The position numbers were made by a program, and so were the translations under genes. Positions 47,237-56,591 of a DNA stretch of 64,000 bases are shown here, piece by piece. The notes under the pieces were generated by a model. That model was not told the origin of the DNA. It saw only the letters and a program-made list of their open reading frames with translations, and searched no databases. Location of the stretch: assembly GCA_021107435.1 (NCBI GenBank), contig JAIOSV010000109.1, positions 6,161 through 70,160 of the forward strand, given 5' to 3'. This DNA is from Candidatus Sabulitectum sp. (GTDB lineage Bacteria; Fermentibacterota; Fermentibacteria; Fermentibacterales; JCC-6). The stretch's first letter is position 1; each line of letters opens with the position of its first letter.

Positions 47237-48453
47237 TGAACGACACAGAATATTATCGTCCTTCTCTGAGCGATGCAGACTCGCTGTTTGAGCTTGAGCA
47301 GCTCTGCTTCCCCAAACCATGGGATCTTGCGGAGATACAGGCTCTTATACTGAAGGACCCTGTGCTTTATACAATTGGTGCTTTTCTTGACGGCTGCGCA
47401 ATCGGGTACATATCCGCTACATTTTCTGAACCGGGAACTCTGCATGTTATCAGCCTTTGTGTTCATCCGAAGCACAGACGTCAGGGCATTGCCGGAGATC
47501 TTCTGGGCTTTGCTCTGTACTGGGGCCGTCACATGGAGGCGGAAAGGGTAGTTCTTGAGGTTCGGCAGGAGAATCTATCCGCCCTCGACTTTTACAACAG
47601 CCTCAAATTTTGCGTCAGGAAGACCCTCCTGAACTTTTATGGCAATGGTATAAACGGAATGTTCATGGAGAAACCGCTTGAGCCTCTTAAGCATACTCTG
47701 AACACTTCACTGTTTCTCTACAACCGTCTAAAAACAATTCCTCAGGTGGGGATAATTCTGGGCTCCGGGCTGGGCTGGGCAACTGAACCTTTCGGCAACG
47801 GACAGTCAATTCCGTTTTCTGATATCCCCGGTATGGCAGGCGAAGCGGTTGAGGGTCATTCTCACACCCTGCGTACCAGCGCGGATGGCAGAATTGTTTT
47901 TATTATGGGAAGAAGGCACCACTACCAGGGCTATTCAGGTAGAGAGATAACTCTTCTTTCTTCTGCTCTTGCAACCATTGGCGTTGGAACCTGGGTTCTG
48001 ACCAGCTCTGCTGGAGCTGTTAACCCGACATATGTGGTAGGGGATGCGATGATATTCACAGATCATATTAATTTCTCGGGTTGTATTCCCGATCCACCTG
48101 AGTGTTTTACCGGTTATAATGTGTATTCACCGTTATTGCGAAGAATAGCAGAAGAGTGCATGAAAGGCTGCCACAAGGGGGTTTTCGCCTGTGTTTCCGG
48201 CCCTGCCTATGAGACAGCTGCGGAAGTGGAGCTTATCCGGGAATGCGGTGCGTCCGCAGTATCCATGTCCACAGTACAGGAGGCTCTGTCTCTCAGGTCT
48301 CTCGGATGTAGAGTTCTTGCAATGGCTCTGATTACCAATGCAGTGGAAAGCGGGGATTCTGTCTGTCACGATGAAGTGCTTTCCGCGCAGGAAACTGTCA
48401 GAGAGAAGCAGGAAAGCAATCTTATTCAGCTTCTTGAAAGGTTGTTGAAGTGA
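47236..48453 (+). CDS. Fusion protein: ribosomal-protein-alanine N-acetyltransferase (RimI-like GNAT) + purine nucleoside phosphorylase (PunA family)
   Basis: Residues 1-150 are a GNAT (HRRQGIAGDLLGF). Residues 160-405 align along their length to B. subtilis PunA (IILGSGLG...FTDHINFSG...VSGPAYETAAE...MSTVQEA). Confidence 0.8.
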   Translation: MNDTEYYRPSLSDADSLFELEQLCFPKPWDLAEIQALILKDPVLYTIGAFLDGCAIGYISATFSEPGTLHVISLCVHPKHRRQGIAGDLLGFALYWGRHMEAERVVLEVRQENLSALDFYNSLKFCVRKTLLNFYGNGINGMFMEKPLEPLKHTLNTSLFLYNRLKTIPQVGIILGSGLGWATEPFGNGQSIPFSDIPGMAGEAVEGHSHTLRTSADGRIVFIMGRRHHYQGYSGREITLLSSALATIGVGTWVLTSSAGAVNPTYVVGDAMIFTDHINFSGCIPDPPECFTGYNVYSPLLRRIAEECMKGCHKGVFACVSGPAYETAAEVELIRECGASAVSMSTVQEALSLRSLGCRVLAMALITNAVESGDSVCHDEVLSAQETVREKQESNLIQLLERLLK

Positions 48454-49682
48454 ACTACAGAGAGGCGGAAAAGTGGCTCTTCAGCAGACGGCGAATGGGG
48501 ATGAAGTACGGTCTTGAGAGAATGGTCTCAATGATGGATGAGCTTGATCACCCCGAAAGAAAATTCCAGACAGTTCACATCGTAGGAACCAACGGCAAGG
48601 GAAGCACCGCAGCAATACTTTCAGACATTGCCGGTAATCTGGGAATACCCTGGGGACGCGGCACTTCACCGCACCTGCTTGATTACAGAGAGAGAATCGC
48701 GGTTAACAACAAGTGGATTTCCAAGGGAGCTGTAGCAGAGTTCATTACTGATTACAGACATCTTATCAGAAGGCATTCCGCTACCTTTTTCGAGATTACC
48801 TCTGCCATGGCCGCCTGGCATTTTGCTTCACAGGGCGTGAAATGGGTAGCCGCCGAGGCTGGCCTTGGTGGAAGACTTGATGCAACCAGGACTTACCACG
48901 GGGCAGGAACAATTTTCACCGGAGTGAGGGTGGAACACAGCAGGATTCTAGGGGACACCAGGGAAAAAATAGCGACAGAAAAGATTGCCATTGCAGCTCC
49001 CGGGACGGTACTTATTGCCGCTCTCCAGACGTCTGGAGTTGAAGAAGTAATAATGGATGCGGTGGACAGAGAGAGCCTCAGGCGTGTTTTTCCTGTTGCC
49101 GTCAGGAAGTGCCCTCTGCCCGGCGCTCATCAGCTGGACAACAGCGCGCTGGCTTGCACTGCGGCACTGGAGCTTTTCGGCAGGTCAGAGAGAGAAATAG
49201 AAGCTGCTTACAGCAGGACATGTATTTCACTTCGATGGCCAGGAAGATTGGATCACCGGAGAGGTAATCCAACCATCCTGTTTGATGTCGCTCATAATCC
49301 GCAGTCCATGGAAGCTCTTGTAGAGTACATTAAATTATGGAAGAACCCTGCACCAGTGGTACTTGGTTTCCTCAGCGATAAGCCCTGGCACAGAATGGTT
49401 GAGCTGCTCAAGGGCGTTGTGGGTCCGGTGGTTGTAACCACGCCGGATAGTGAAAGAAAGCTGGAAGCCGAGGAACTGGCAACACACATGAATCAGGAGG
49501 GCTTTCAGGTGGAGGTACGGAATGAGATCGGTGATGCTGTAGCCAGATGCAGAGAGATTGCCGACAAAAAACCGATGGTGGTTACCGGTTCATTCTTCGT
49601 AGTAGGGGGGGCAATAAACGAATCCGTATCACGGGGCTGGGTTTCCAGACTCCCCAATTCCGCGGAGGATGTTTTAGATTAG
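48450..49682 (+). CDS. folC: Folylpolyglutamate synthase / dihydrofolate synthase
   Basis: The Mur-ligase P-loop reads VHIVGTNGKGSTAA. Length is about 410 aa. Confidence 0.85.
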   Translation: MNYREAEKWLFSRRRMGMKYGLERMVSMMDELDHPERKFQTVHIVGTNGKGSTAAILSDIAGNLGIPWGRGTSPHLLDYRERIAVNNKWISKGAVAEFITDYRHLIRRHSATFFEITSAMAAWHFASQGVKWVAAEAGLGGRLDATRTYHGAGTIFTGVRVEHSRILGDTREKIATEKIAIAAPGTVLIAALQTSGVEEVIMDAVDRESLRRVFPVAVRKCPLPGAHQLDNSALACTAALELFGRSEREIEAAYSRTCISLRWPGRLDHRRGNPTILFDVAHNPQSMEALVEYIKLWKNPAPVVLGFLSDKPWHRMVELLKGVVGPVVVTTPDSERKLEAEELATHMNQEGFQVEVRNEIGDAVARCREIADKKPMVVTGSFFVVGGAINESVSRGWVSRLPNSAEDVLD

Positions 49683-49725
49683 CATACTTGAGTCGTGTAA
49701 TTTTGTAAAACAGGAAAGGAAGCAA

Positions 49726-49956
49726 ATGGCTAAAGAAAAAAAGCCTGTATCTTCTCAGAGTAATCAGGACATAGCGCCATTCAGCGGGATTAACTACATT
49801 CTTTTCGCGGTTGGCCTCATTATCATAACAGTCGGATGGTTCCTGCTCAGAGCAGGACACATTTCCATCTCCCCGATAATGCTGATTCTGGGATACTGTG
49901 TGGTAATTCCCGTCGCGATCATACTGAAACCGCGCGGCAAGAAGGAAAACCTGTAA
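49726..49956 (+). CDS. Small 2-TM membrane protein
   Basis: 76 aa. GGAAAGGAAG precedes the start. Confidence 0.4.
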   Translation: MAKEKKPVSSQSNQDIAPFSGINYILFAVGLIIITVGWFLLRAGHISISPIMLILGYCVVIPVAIILKPRGKKENL

Positions 49957-50703
49957 ATGAGGGGATATCTAAAGATTATCCTGGTTGTGATTTTAACTGT
50001 TATCATTGCCTGCGAGGAGGAACAGGAAACTGTTCCATCTGCTCTGCCCCTTGAGGCAGAGGACACTGTTTTCGTCAGCATCCCCGGAGGCGTTTTTGTT
50101 AATTCCGGGGGAGAGACCGTGGAAATACAACCTTTCCAGCTTCAGAAATCCGAGGTAAACAACAGGCTGTACCGGTATCTTGCTGACCAGTCCGGTCTTC
50201 CTCATCCTGCAGATCCCGGCTTTCCGGGCATGGACGAATACTTCTACGAATTCCCGGATTACCCGGTGGTAAATATCAGTCCGGGGAAAGCTGAAGCCGC
50301 TTCATCTTTCATTGGAGCAAGGCTTCCAACCAGGAATGAGTGGGAGTATGCCGCTTCTCTTGGGCTTACTGGAGATATTGAAAAGCAGTATCCGTGGGGA
50401 GATCTTTCTCCAGCAGAGGTGCCGGGAGTTCCCGCGAACTACATGGCTCTTGACAACTGGGAGCAACGGGATCTGGATGGTTTTATCTACACAGCTCCCT
50501 GCGGTTCTTACCCCCTGTCAAATGCCGGTCTCGCGGATATGGCAGGAAACTCGGCTGAAATGGTTCTCTGTGCAACAGACACCACAATACATCTTATGGG
50601 CGGGAGCTGGGCACAGGTAGAAGAGGCCATGACGCTGGGATTTACAAGACAGATGGGCTCTGGAGATATTTCCTGGTACACTGGTTTCCGAATGGCTAAA
50701 TGA
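49957..50703 (+). CDS. Formylglycine-generating-enzyme (SUMF1/FGE) family protein
   Basis: RLPTRNEWEYAA, a GGSW block and a C-terminal GFRMAK are present. Confidence 0.8.
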   Translation: MRGYLKIILVVILTVIIACEEEQETVPSALPLEAEDTVFVSIPGGVFVNSGGETVEIQPFQLQKSEVNNRLYRYLADQSGLPHPADPGFPGMDEYFYEFPDYPVVNISPGKAEAASSFIGARLPTRNEWEYAASLGLTGDIEKQYPWGDLSPAEVPGVPANYMALDNWEQRDLDGFIYTAPCGSYPLSNAGLADMAGNSAEMVLCATDTTIHLMGGSWAQVEEAMTLGFTRQMGSGDISWYTGFRMAK

Positions 50704-50735
50704 CAAAGACCGGGCGACAATGTCCCCCGGTCCAA

Positions 50736-50812
50736 TGGTGGGCGAAGAGGGACTTGAACCCCCGACGTCCTGCTTGTAAGGCAGGCACTCTAGCCAACTG
50801 AGTTATTCGCCC
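50736..50812 (-). tRNA. tRNA-Val (anticodon TAC)
   Basis: The reverse complement folds as GGGCGAA-TA-ACTC-AGTTGGCTA-GAGT-G-CCTGC-CTTACAA-GCAGG-ACGTC-GGGGG-TTCAAGT-CCCTC-TTCGCCC-A-CCA. Confidence 0.85.
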
Positions 50813-50892
50813 TCAGTGCCGCTGATAAATACTCAGACTTCATTGATCTGTCAATACTGGTCAACGATCTCATTCTGTTTCATAATTCATCA

Positions 50893-52689
50893 ATGCGCAG
50901 AGAAGAACAGAACAAGAAGAATCAGATGAGTTGTTTCGGCAAAACCTGTCCGGTTGTTGTCATCCCGGGTCACCGGCGACAGCAGATATATACCCGTCTT
51001 TTCAACTCCAAAGATGATGTTTCAGTAACAGTTGATGTTAAGGATGGTCTTGCCCTGCTTGGTGTCAGCGCCATCGATTGGGCCGGTCTGGCTTCCATTG
51101 TAACCGGTGAACTGCACCATGCGGGGTGGAATCTTGATCTTCTGGAAGGTTTTACAGTTGAAAAAGAGGGAGTCAGAAGGGGCATTATCATAACCGGAAT
51201 TGTTATTAACGATTCCGAGGAGCGTGGAAGAAAATTCAGGGAAGATGCCGATAAGCTCAGCGAGCTGCTGGAGAGACTTGCAGTTGGCAGGGAAGGGGTT
51301 ATTTCACTTCTTAACAGATCCGCTGACCGGGTTGAATGCTATCAGGGAATACTGGAAGAGCTTGGTCGTATTTACAACGAGAGCATTCCGGAAGGCATTC
51401 TCGGAAAGAAGGGGCAGCTTGTTCTGTTCATCAGCTCAAGATCCGATCAGTACCTGCTTGCCAGAAAGAAATCTGATCTCGCCTGGATTGTGAAGACAAA
51501 TCACGATCTTGTCGAGAAGGTGAGAACAGGGGGTGGTGCTCCTTTCTACAGAATCAGAAATATCAGGGCCAGAGGAGAGCACCTCACAGGAATAAACATA
51601 GTTGGTTATGAAAGAGACATTTCTTTTCAGAATCTGACAACAGCTCTGTCAGTGGCATGGCCCGGCTCAACTGTAAGCCACCAGAGGAAATACGCTACAC
51701 ACGACGGGATTGTCTCCATCAGAGTTGAAATGACCGGCCCCAACGGAATGAGCGCTACAAGAGATGAACTCAAGATTATAAGGGAGTATTTGAGAAAACT
51801 GCTTGTTTCCAGGGGGATAGAAAGACTTCACAGAATCCACCATTACGGGGGAACTGAGCACATTGGCAGAGCTCTTTTACCGTTGCTTATCAGGGAATGC
51901 AGAACAACCGGTATCAACCAGGCATACATTGCTCTTGAGAACATCACGACATTCAATGCAGAGTTGAAACTTCTGCTGGTCACAGGAGCGGAGGAAGACA
52001 GCGACGCTCAGGGTCATGATACCAGGATACTGAAGCTTGTTAAAAACCTGAGTTTTCAAAGGGGCATTGGAGTTAATTCATTCAAGTCTCCGTCCAGAAG
52101 ACAGGATGTCTGGGTTGATGTATTCGATTTTGTTGTCGAAAGAGAGCACTTTAACCAGATGGAAGATGCCTACTCAATAGTAAAACAGGCGATTCAGGAA
52201 AGTTTCGGCAATTTCAGAGATTTTGATCAGGGCATGCGCCTCAACGATGTTTGTCAGCTTGAAGATATAAGGAAAGATCTTTCTGATATTCCAGACACAG
52301 TGGTTACTGATTTCTATTACAGCCTTGAAGACTTCATGCGGGCTTCCGTACCTGTAAAAGAGCTTGCAATGCATATCAGGCTTTTATTTGAAACCATTTC
52401 CTGTCTTTTATCTGATGACAGTTCCGGGGAAAAGGCATCCTGTCAGGAAGTGCCGGGAAGAAACAAGCTGTCTGCTACTCTTTTCTGCTGTGCAATGAAG
52501 GCAGAATGCAGAAACATGGAAAGTCTGCTGGCTGTTGTAAGAGACTTTACAGTCACTGCCAGTATTATCAGATGGTCCGGGGTAGTGTCAGTCCTGTTCA
52601 GGGTGCAGGAGAACGGACGTGCTCTTACCCCCGGGAACAGGGATGCTATTTTTACAGCAATTACTGAAAGGCTGAAAGACCATGAGTGA
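50893..52689 (+). CDS. Hypothetical protein with several ACT-like segments
   Basis: 598 aa. I could not assign a confident family. Confidence 0.4.
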   Translation: MRREEQNKKNQMSCFGKTCPVVVIPGHRRQQIYTRLFNSKDDVSVTVDVKDGLALLGVSAIDWAGLASIVTGELHHAGWNLDLLEGFTVEKEGVRRGIIITGIVINDSEERGRKFREDADKLSELLERLAVGREGVISLLNRSADRVECYQGILEELGRIYNESIPEGILGKKGQLVLFISSRSDQYLLARKKSDLAWIVKTNHDLVEKVRTGGGAPFYRIRNIRARGEHLTGINIVGYERDISFQNLTTALSVAWPGSTVSHQRKYATHDGIVSIRVEMTGPNGMSATRDELKIIREYLRKLLVSRGIERLHRIHHYGGTEHIGRALLPLLIRECRTTGINQAYIALENITTFNAELKLLLVTGAEEDSDAQGHDTRILKLVKNLSFQRGIGVNSFKSPSRRQDVWVDVFDFVVEREHFNQMEDAYSIVKQAIQESFGNFRDFDQGMRLNDVCQLEDIRKDLSDIPDTVVTDFYYSLEDFMRASVPVKELAMHIRLLFETISCLLSDDSSGEKASCQEVPGRNKLSATLFCCAMKAECRNMESLLAVVRDFTVTASIIRWSGVVSVLFRVQENGRALTPGNRDAIFTAITERLKDHE

Positions 52690-53020
52690 TTATTCCGATG
52701 ATTCTACTACCATTGATTTCTCGGAGAGAGAAAAAATGGAAATGCTGGAAAACTGGTTCCAGCGGAGAGCAGAAATGACTTCCAGAGCTCTCAAACTTAT
52801 TCTTCTTCCGCTGATCGCAATTATCTTGTTTGCCGTAGTCTTCTGGTTTAACTACTTCATTCCAGTTCCCTCAATCGTCCTTCTTGGTCTTCTTTGCGCT
52901 TCCCTGCTGGCCTGGTTAGTCTGCCTTCTTATGGGAACCAGGGTTCTCAAACGGGTTCGGACTGGAGACGCGATAATGCTCAGGAAGATCCGGTCTTCCC
53001 GCAACTCAACAAAATCTTGA
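52682..53020 (+). CDS. Small membrane protein
   Basis: 112 aa with 2 TM helices. It overlaps the previous gene by 8 nt. Confidence 0.4.
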   Translation: MSDYSDDSTTIDFSEREKMEMLENWFQRRAEMTSRALKLILLPLIAIILFAVVFWFNYFIPVPSIVLLGLLCASLLAWLVCLLMGTRVLKRVRTGDAIMLRKIRSSRNSTKS

Positions 53021-53060
53021 CAAAATCGGGATTCGTCTGTATGGTCACCACATCAGCAGT

Positions 53061-53136
53061 GGCGGTGTAGCTCAGTTGGTAGAGCCGCGGAATCATAATC
53101 CGCTGGTCAGGGGTTCAAGTCCCTTCGCCGCTACCA
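53061..53136 (+). tRNA. tRNA-Met (anticodon CAT; elongator Met or Ile2-lysidine cannot be separated by eye)
   Basis: GGCGGTG-TA-GCTC-AGTTGGTA-GAGC-C-GCGGA-ATCATAA-TCCGC-TGGTC-AGGGG-TTCAAGT-CCCTT-CGCCGCT-A-CCA. Confidence 0.85.
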
Positions 53137-53144
53137 GTTGGAAA

Positions 53145-53172
53145 GAAGGCGTCGATTAATTTCGACGCCTTC
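53145..53172. terminator. Strong bidirectional terminator hairpin after tRNA-Met
   Basis: An 11-bp stem GAAGGCGTCGA-ttaat-TCGACGCCTTC. Confidence 0.6.
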
Positions 53173-53239
53173 ACCTGTTCGGTGTTGTTACCCGATGTGT
53201 ATTCTCAGATTATGTTTCCGGTAGAATCAGATACTTTTA

Positions 53240-53647
53240 CTATGGACCACCTTCGAATGGCGGGAGTGCACCTTCCGAAAATATCAGTTGCCCGTCTGCT
53301 GTCCTGACTACCCAGGAGCCGTCGTCTCCTGTGATTATCTCGAATTCTTCAGGAAGGTTCAATTCTGCGGGATTATCAGGAAGTGAGCCATTCTCCGCTA
53401 TGTAGCTTTCCACAAAATCTGTGACAGCAGTTTGAACTTCCACCTGTTCCGGGGTTAGTTCCGTCTGGAGGTCGGATCGTCCGCCGCCGCTGATAAAAAA
53501 ATATCCCGCAACCAGAATAAGACCGCCAAGCAGATAGGGAAGCAGTTTCGAATCGTCTTTTTTCTTAAGGGGAGAGCCTTTGTTCTCTGCAAATACAGAG
53601 TCATCAATCCCGGCATCAAGTTGGGTCGGTTTTTGTTCTTCCGTCAC
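53240..53647 (-). CDS. Membrane-anchored hypothetical protein (same 135-aa architecture as 56098..56505; direct homology unverified)
   Basis: 135 aa. An N-terminal polar stretch precedes a single TM helix (LLPYLLGGLILVAGYFFI) and an acidic, Pro-rich C-terminal domain. Confidence 0.45.
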   Translation of the reverse strand: MTEEQKPTQLDAGIDDSVFAENKGSPLKKKDDSKLLPYLLGGLILVAGYFFISGGGRSDLQTELTPEQVEVQTAVTDFVESYIAENGSLPDNPAELNLPEEFEIITGDDGSWVVRTADGQLIFSEGALPPFEGGP

Positions 53648-53736
53648 TATGAACCTCCATGTGAATTCAATACCTGTCTATTTACGTGAGTATAACCCTT
53701 TTAAGTTACCGCAGGAAGTACACAGAAGAAGTTTAA

Positions 53737-55614
53737 TCAAACCTCTCTTCTTCTCTTGGACAGAAGTACAAGGTCTCGAAGCCCCTGTACTGTCAGACAT
53801 TTTCTCCAGGAGTCATCGAATCCAGAGGCGGTGGTTATTTCAGCTATTGCCATAAGGGCTTTCAGGTGGAAATTTCGCTCGTCCATGGTTCCGGCAAGAA
53901 TGAAGACAATGTATACCGGTTCAGTGTCCTCACTGAAGTTGATGCCACCTTTGCATCTTGCAAGGTTTACCGTGAATTTGCCAGTGCCGGGAATGATGAT
54001 GTGGGGAATTGCAAGACCGGGGCGCAGCGCTGTGGGAGATGTTCTCTCTCTCTCCAGAAGGAGACGGAAAAGTTCATCTGCTTCCATTTCAAGAGACGGG
54101 GCAATTCTGTCTGCGACAAGTCTCAGAAATTCTTCCAGTTCCAGTGGTTCTTCAACGTCAATGATATCCGAGGCAAGAACAAGTTTGTCAAAACGATCCT
54201 CGGTGATGACATCTCTTTCCATGAGAACTTTTTTAAGTTCTCTGGTTATGGATTCATTTCTGCGTTTAAGCTCTTTCGGGAAAACCCTGGCAGCCAGGTG
54301 AAGGAGTGCCGAGTCTCTCTCTACCCGTTTTCTGGAGTAGAGAAAGTACCAGATTGACCCGCCGAGCACCACCACAGAACAGGCGATCAGCGCTTCGGTG
54401 CCGATCATTACCAGCAGGATGAACATTGTTGTCGCTCCCAGTATCTGCATCCACGGGTAGAGAGGTGCTTTGAACGATGGTCTGTATGTATGAATGCGGC
54501 TTTCACGCATAACTATCACCACAATATTTGTCAGCATGAACAGGAATATCTGCATTGCGCTTGCCATCTTGACCAGTCTTACAAAGTCGAGAAAAAGCAT
54601 CGCAGCAATGAAAAGACTTGTGAGCACAATGGAAAACCAGGGCGTACCTCTGTTCAATCCAATTCTGCCTATTATCGAGGGGATGAGCCTGTCCTTGCTC
54701 ATTGCGAGAGGGAATCTCGCGGAAGCCAGTATGCCGGCATTCGCTGTTGAAAGGAAGGCAAAAACGGCGGCAAGGGCAAGGATGATGAAACCGGGATTTC
54801 CCGCAAATGTTTTCGCAGCATCAGACAGAGGAGTCATGGAGGTGGCCAGTACGCTCCTGTCAAGAGTTCCCACGCAGACCATTACCGAGGTGAAATAGAG
54901 GAATGTGACAACTGACAGTGAAGTGATCATGCTCAGGGGGATGTCCCGCTTTGGATTTGAAGCCTCTTCCGCGACACTTGCAGCTTTTGTTAATCCGCCG
55001 AAAGCTACAAAGATAAGTGCAGTAGCTTCAAGAATGCCCTTTATACCTCCAGATGCAAAGGGAACCATTTTCGCCGCAGAAGTGTGCAGACTTCCCACCA
55101 CTGAAAATGCCAGTAGAATAAGGAGCAGTCCTGAAACCATAATGATCTGAGCTCTTCCAGCGTGAGATGCACCACGGAGGTTCAGAAAAGTGAAGAATAT
55201 CAGGGCCGCAAGCGTTATACCCAGACTGTTCCCCCCTGGAACAAGAACCTCCAGAAACACTTTAATACCCACAAATGCAAAGGCTGTCTTTATACTTAGA
55301 CTGAACCATGCGGCCAAGCCGGCGATTGTGCCTGCCATGTGCCCCAGGGACCTGTCTATAAAGTAGTAGGTTCCTCCTGCTTTGGGCATTGCGGTGGCTA
55401 ACTCCGCTTTACTGAAAAGCGCCGGTAGAATGAGAATGCCTGCCAGTACATAGGCCAGTACCGCAGAGGGTCCCGCATAGTAGTAAGCGAGTCCCGGCAG
55501 TACAAATAATCCCGAGCTTATCATCGCTCCAGTGGCAATGGCAAATAGATCGGGAAGTCTCAGCGCTTTATGAAGAGCAGGTTTCCCAATTATTTCAGAG
55601 TCGCCTGTTGTCAT
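53737..55614 (-). CDS. APC-family amino acid permease fused to a C-terminal PTS EIIA type-2 (PtsN/IIA-Ntr-like) domain
   Basis: 12 TM helices are followed by LLLERERTSPTALRPGLAIPHIIIPGTGKFTVNLARCKGGINFSEDTEPVYIVFILAGTMDERNFHLKALMAIAEI, which contains the phosphorylatable His. Confidence 0.7.
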   Translation of the reverse strand: MTTGDSEIIGKPALHKALRLPDLFAIATGAMISSGLFVLPGLAYYYAGPSAVLAYVLAGILILPALFSKAELATAMPKAGGTYYFIDRSLGHMAGTIAGLAAWFSLSIKTAFAFVGIKVFLEVLVPGGNSLGITLAALIFFTFLNLRGASHAGRAQIIMVSGLLLILLAFSVVGSLHTSAAKMVPFASGGIKGILEATALIFVAFGGLTKAASVAEEASNPKRDIPLSMITSLSVVTFLYFTSVMVCVGTLDRSVLATSMTPLSDAAKTFAGNPGFIILALAAVFAFLSTANAGILASARFPLAMSKDRLIPSIIGRIGLNRGTPWFSIVLTSLFIAAMLFLDFVRLVKMASAMQIFLFMLTNIVVIVMRESRIHTYRPSFKAPLYPWMQILGATTMFILLVMIGTEALIACSVVVLGGSIWYFLYSRKRVERDSALLHLAARVFPKELKRRNESITRELKKVLMERDVITEDRFDKLVLASDIIDVEEPLELEEFLRLVADRIAPSLEMEADELFRLLLERERTSPTALRPGLAIPHIIIPGTGKFTVNLARCKGGINFSEDTEPVYIVFILAGTMDERNFHLKALMAIAEITTASGFDDSWRKCLTVQGLRDLVLLSKRRREV

Positions 55615-55702
55615 CTCAATCCTCTCGCATGGTAAATGACTGTCCCTTACACTTCGTGTCTTAAATATCTGAAATCACAGCGGAATCAGAAAGCGAGACT
55701 CC

Positions 55703-56101
55703 TTATGGTTGATATACACTGTTTCTGTACATGCCGTGGTTTCTGACGCAATTCCCGTTCCACCCTCTGATCCGAAAAAGATCATAGTCTCTGCCTGTGA
55801 TCCTGAAACGGTAGGAGGCCATTGTGGAGGGGCAGAGAATTCCCACTTGAACATAATCAGAAATGTAGCTCAGTTTTTTCCATTTGTGTCCCTGGAAAGC
55901 ACCGGGATACTCACCGTTCTCAGCTGCGTACATGTTGAGAGCACCTGCGATATTTCTGAGATTTGACCGGCACGCGGCATACTTCGCGCTCTCTGTGATA
56001 TCCTGAAATTTTGGAATGGCAATTGCCGCCAGTATCCCGATAATCACTATAACAATCATCAGTTCGATCAGCGTGAAACCATTCTTTCGGATGGGTTTCA
56101 T
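55703..56101 (-). CDS. Prepilin-type N-terminal cleavage/methylation domain protein (type IV pilin / T2SS pseudopilin)
   Basis: MKPIRKNGFTLIELMIVIVIIGILAAIAIP is a class III signal. Confidence 0.8.
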   Translation of the reverse strand: MKPIRKNGFTLIELMIVIVIIGILAAIAIPKFQDITESAKYAACRSNLRNIAGALNMYAAENGEYPGAFQGHKWKKLSYISDYVQVGILCPSTMASYRFRITGRDYDLFRIRGWNGNCVRNHGMYRNSVYQP

Positions 56102-56505
56102 ATCTCCCCCATTCTGAAAGACTCCAGGTTCATGTCGGAAGAGTAGTACAGGCCGGTTTCAGTTTCCAGAGACCAGAGCATCTCGTCTTCTTTTTCGTAT
56201 GTGAAGTTAACGGGAAGAGAAAGGTCGGCTGGAACAGGGAGTGAATCACAGTCTTCCTGATATTGTTGTATCCTGACTGCCACAGAGTAGATGGAATCTC
56301 TCTCAGCCTGTTCCTCCGGTGGTGGAGATTCAATGAACTCTCCTTTTTGCGGGTTAATAAATAGAAGCATGGCTATAAGAAGAACTCCAATTCCGCCGGC
56401 AACATATGGCCAGGGTACTTTTAATTGTTTCTTCCCTGATCTCTTTTCCGGTTCTTCGAATGCAATATCTTTGTCCAATTGTATTGGTTTTCCGCTGGTG
56501 TTCAT
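56098..56505 (-). CDS. Membrane-anchored hypothetical protein translationally coupled to the pilin gene
   Basis: 135 aa with 1 TM helix and an acidic C-terminal domain. Its stop overlaps the pilin start (ATGA). Confidence 0.45.
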   Translation of the reverse strand: MNTSGKPIQLDKDIAFEEPEKRSGKKQLKVPWPYVAGGIGVLLIAMLLFINPQKGEFIESPPPEEQAERDSIYSVAVRIQQYQEDCDSLPVPADLSLPVNFTYEKEDEMLWSLETETGLYYSSDMNLESFRMGEI

Positions 56506-56591
56506 TGCAAACCTTCCATGTGTGGTATGTTAGCCTTTCGGTTTCATCTGTCTTTCCATGGACATCCTGTATAAGTAATTATATTAGAATT

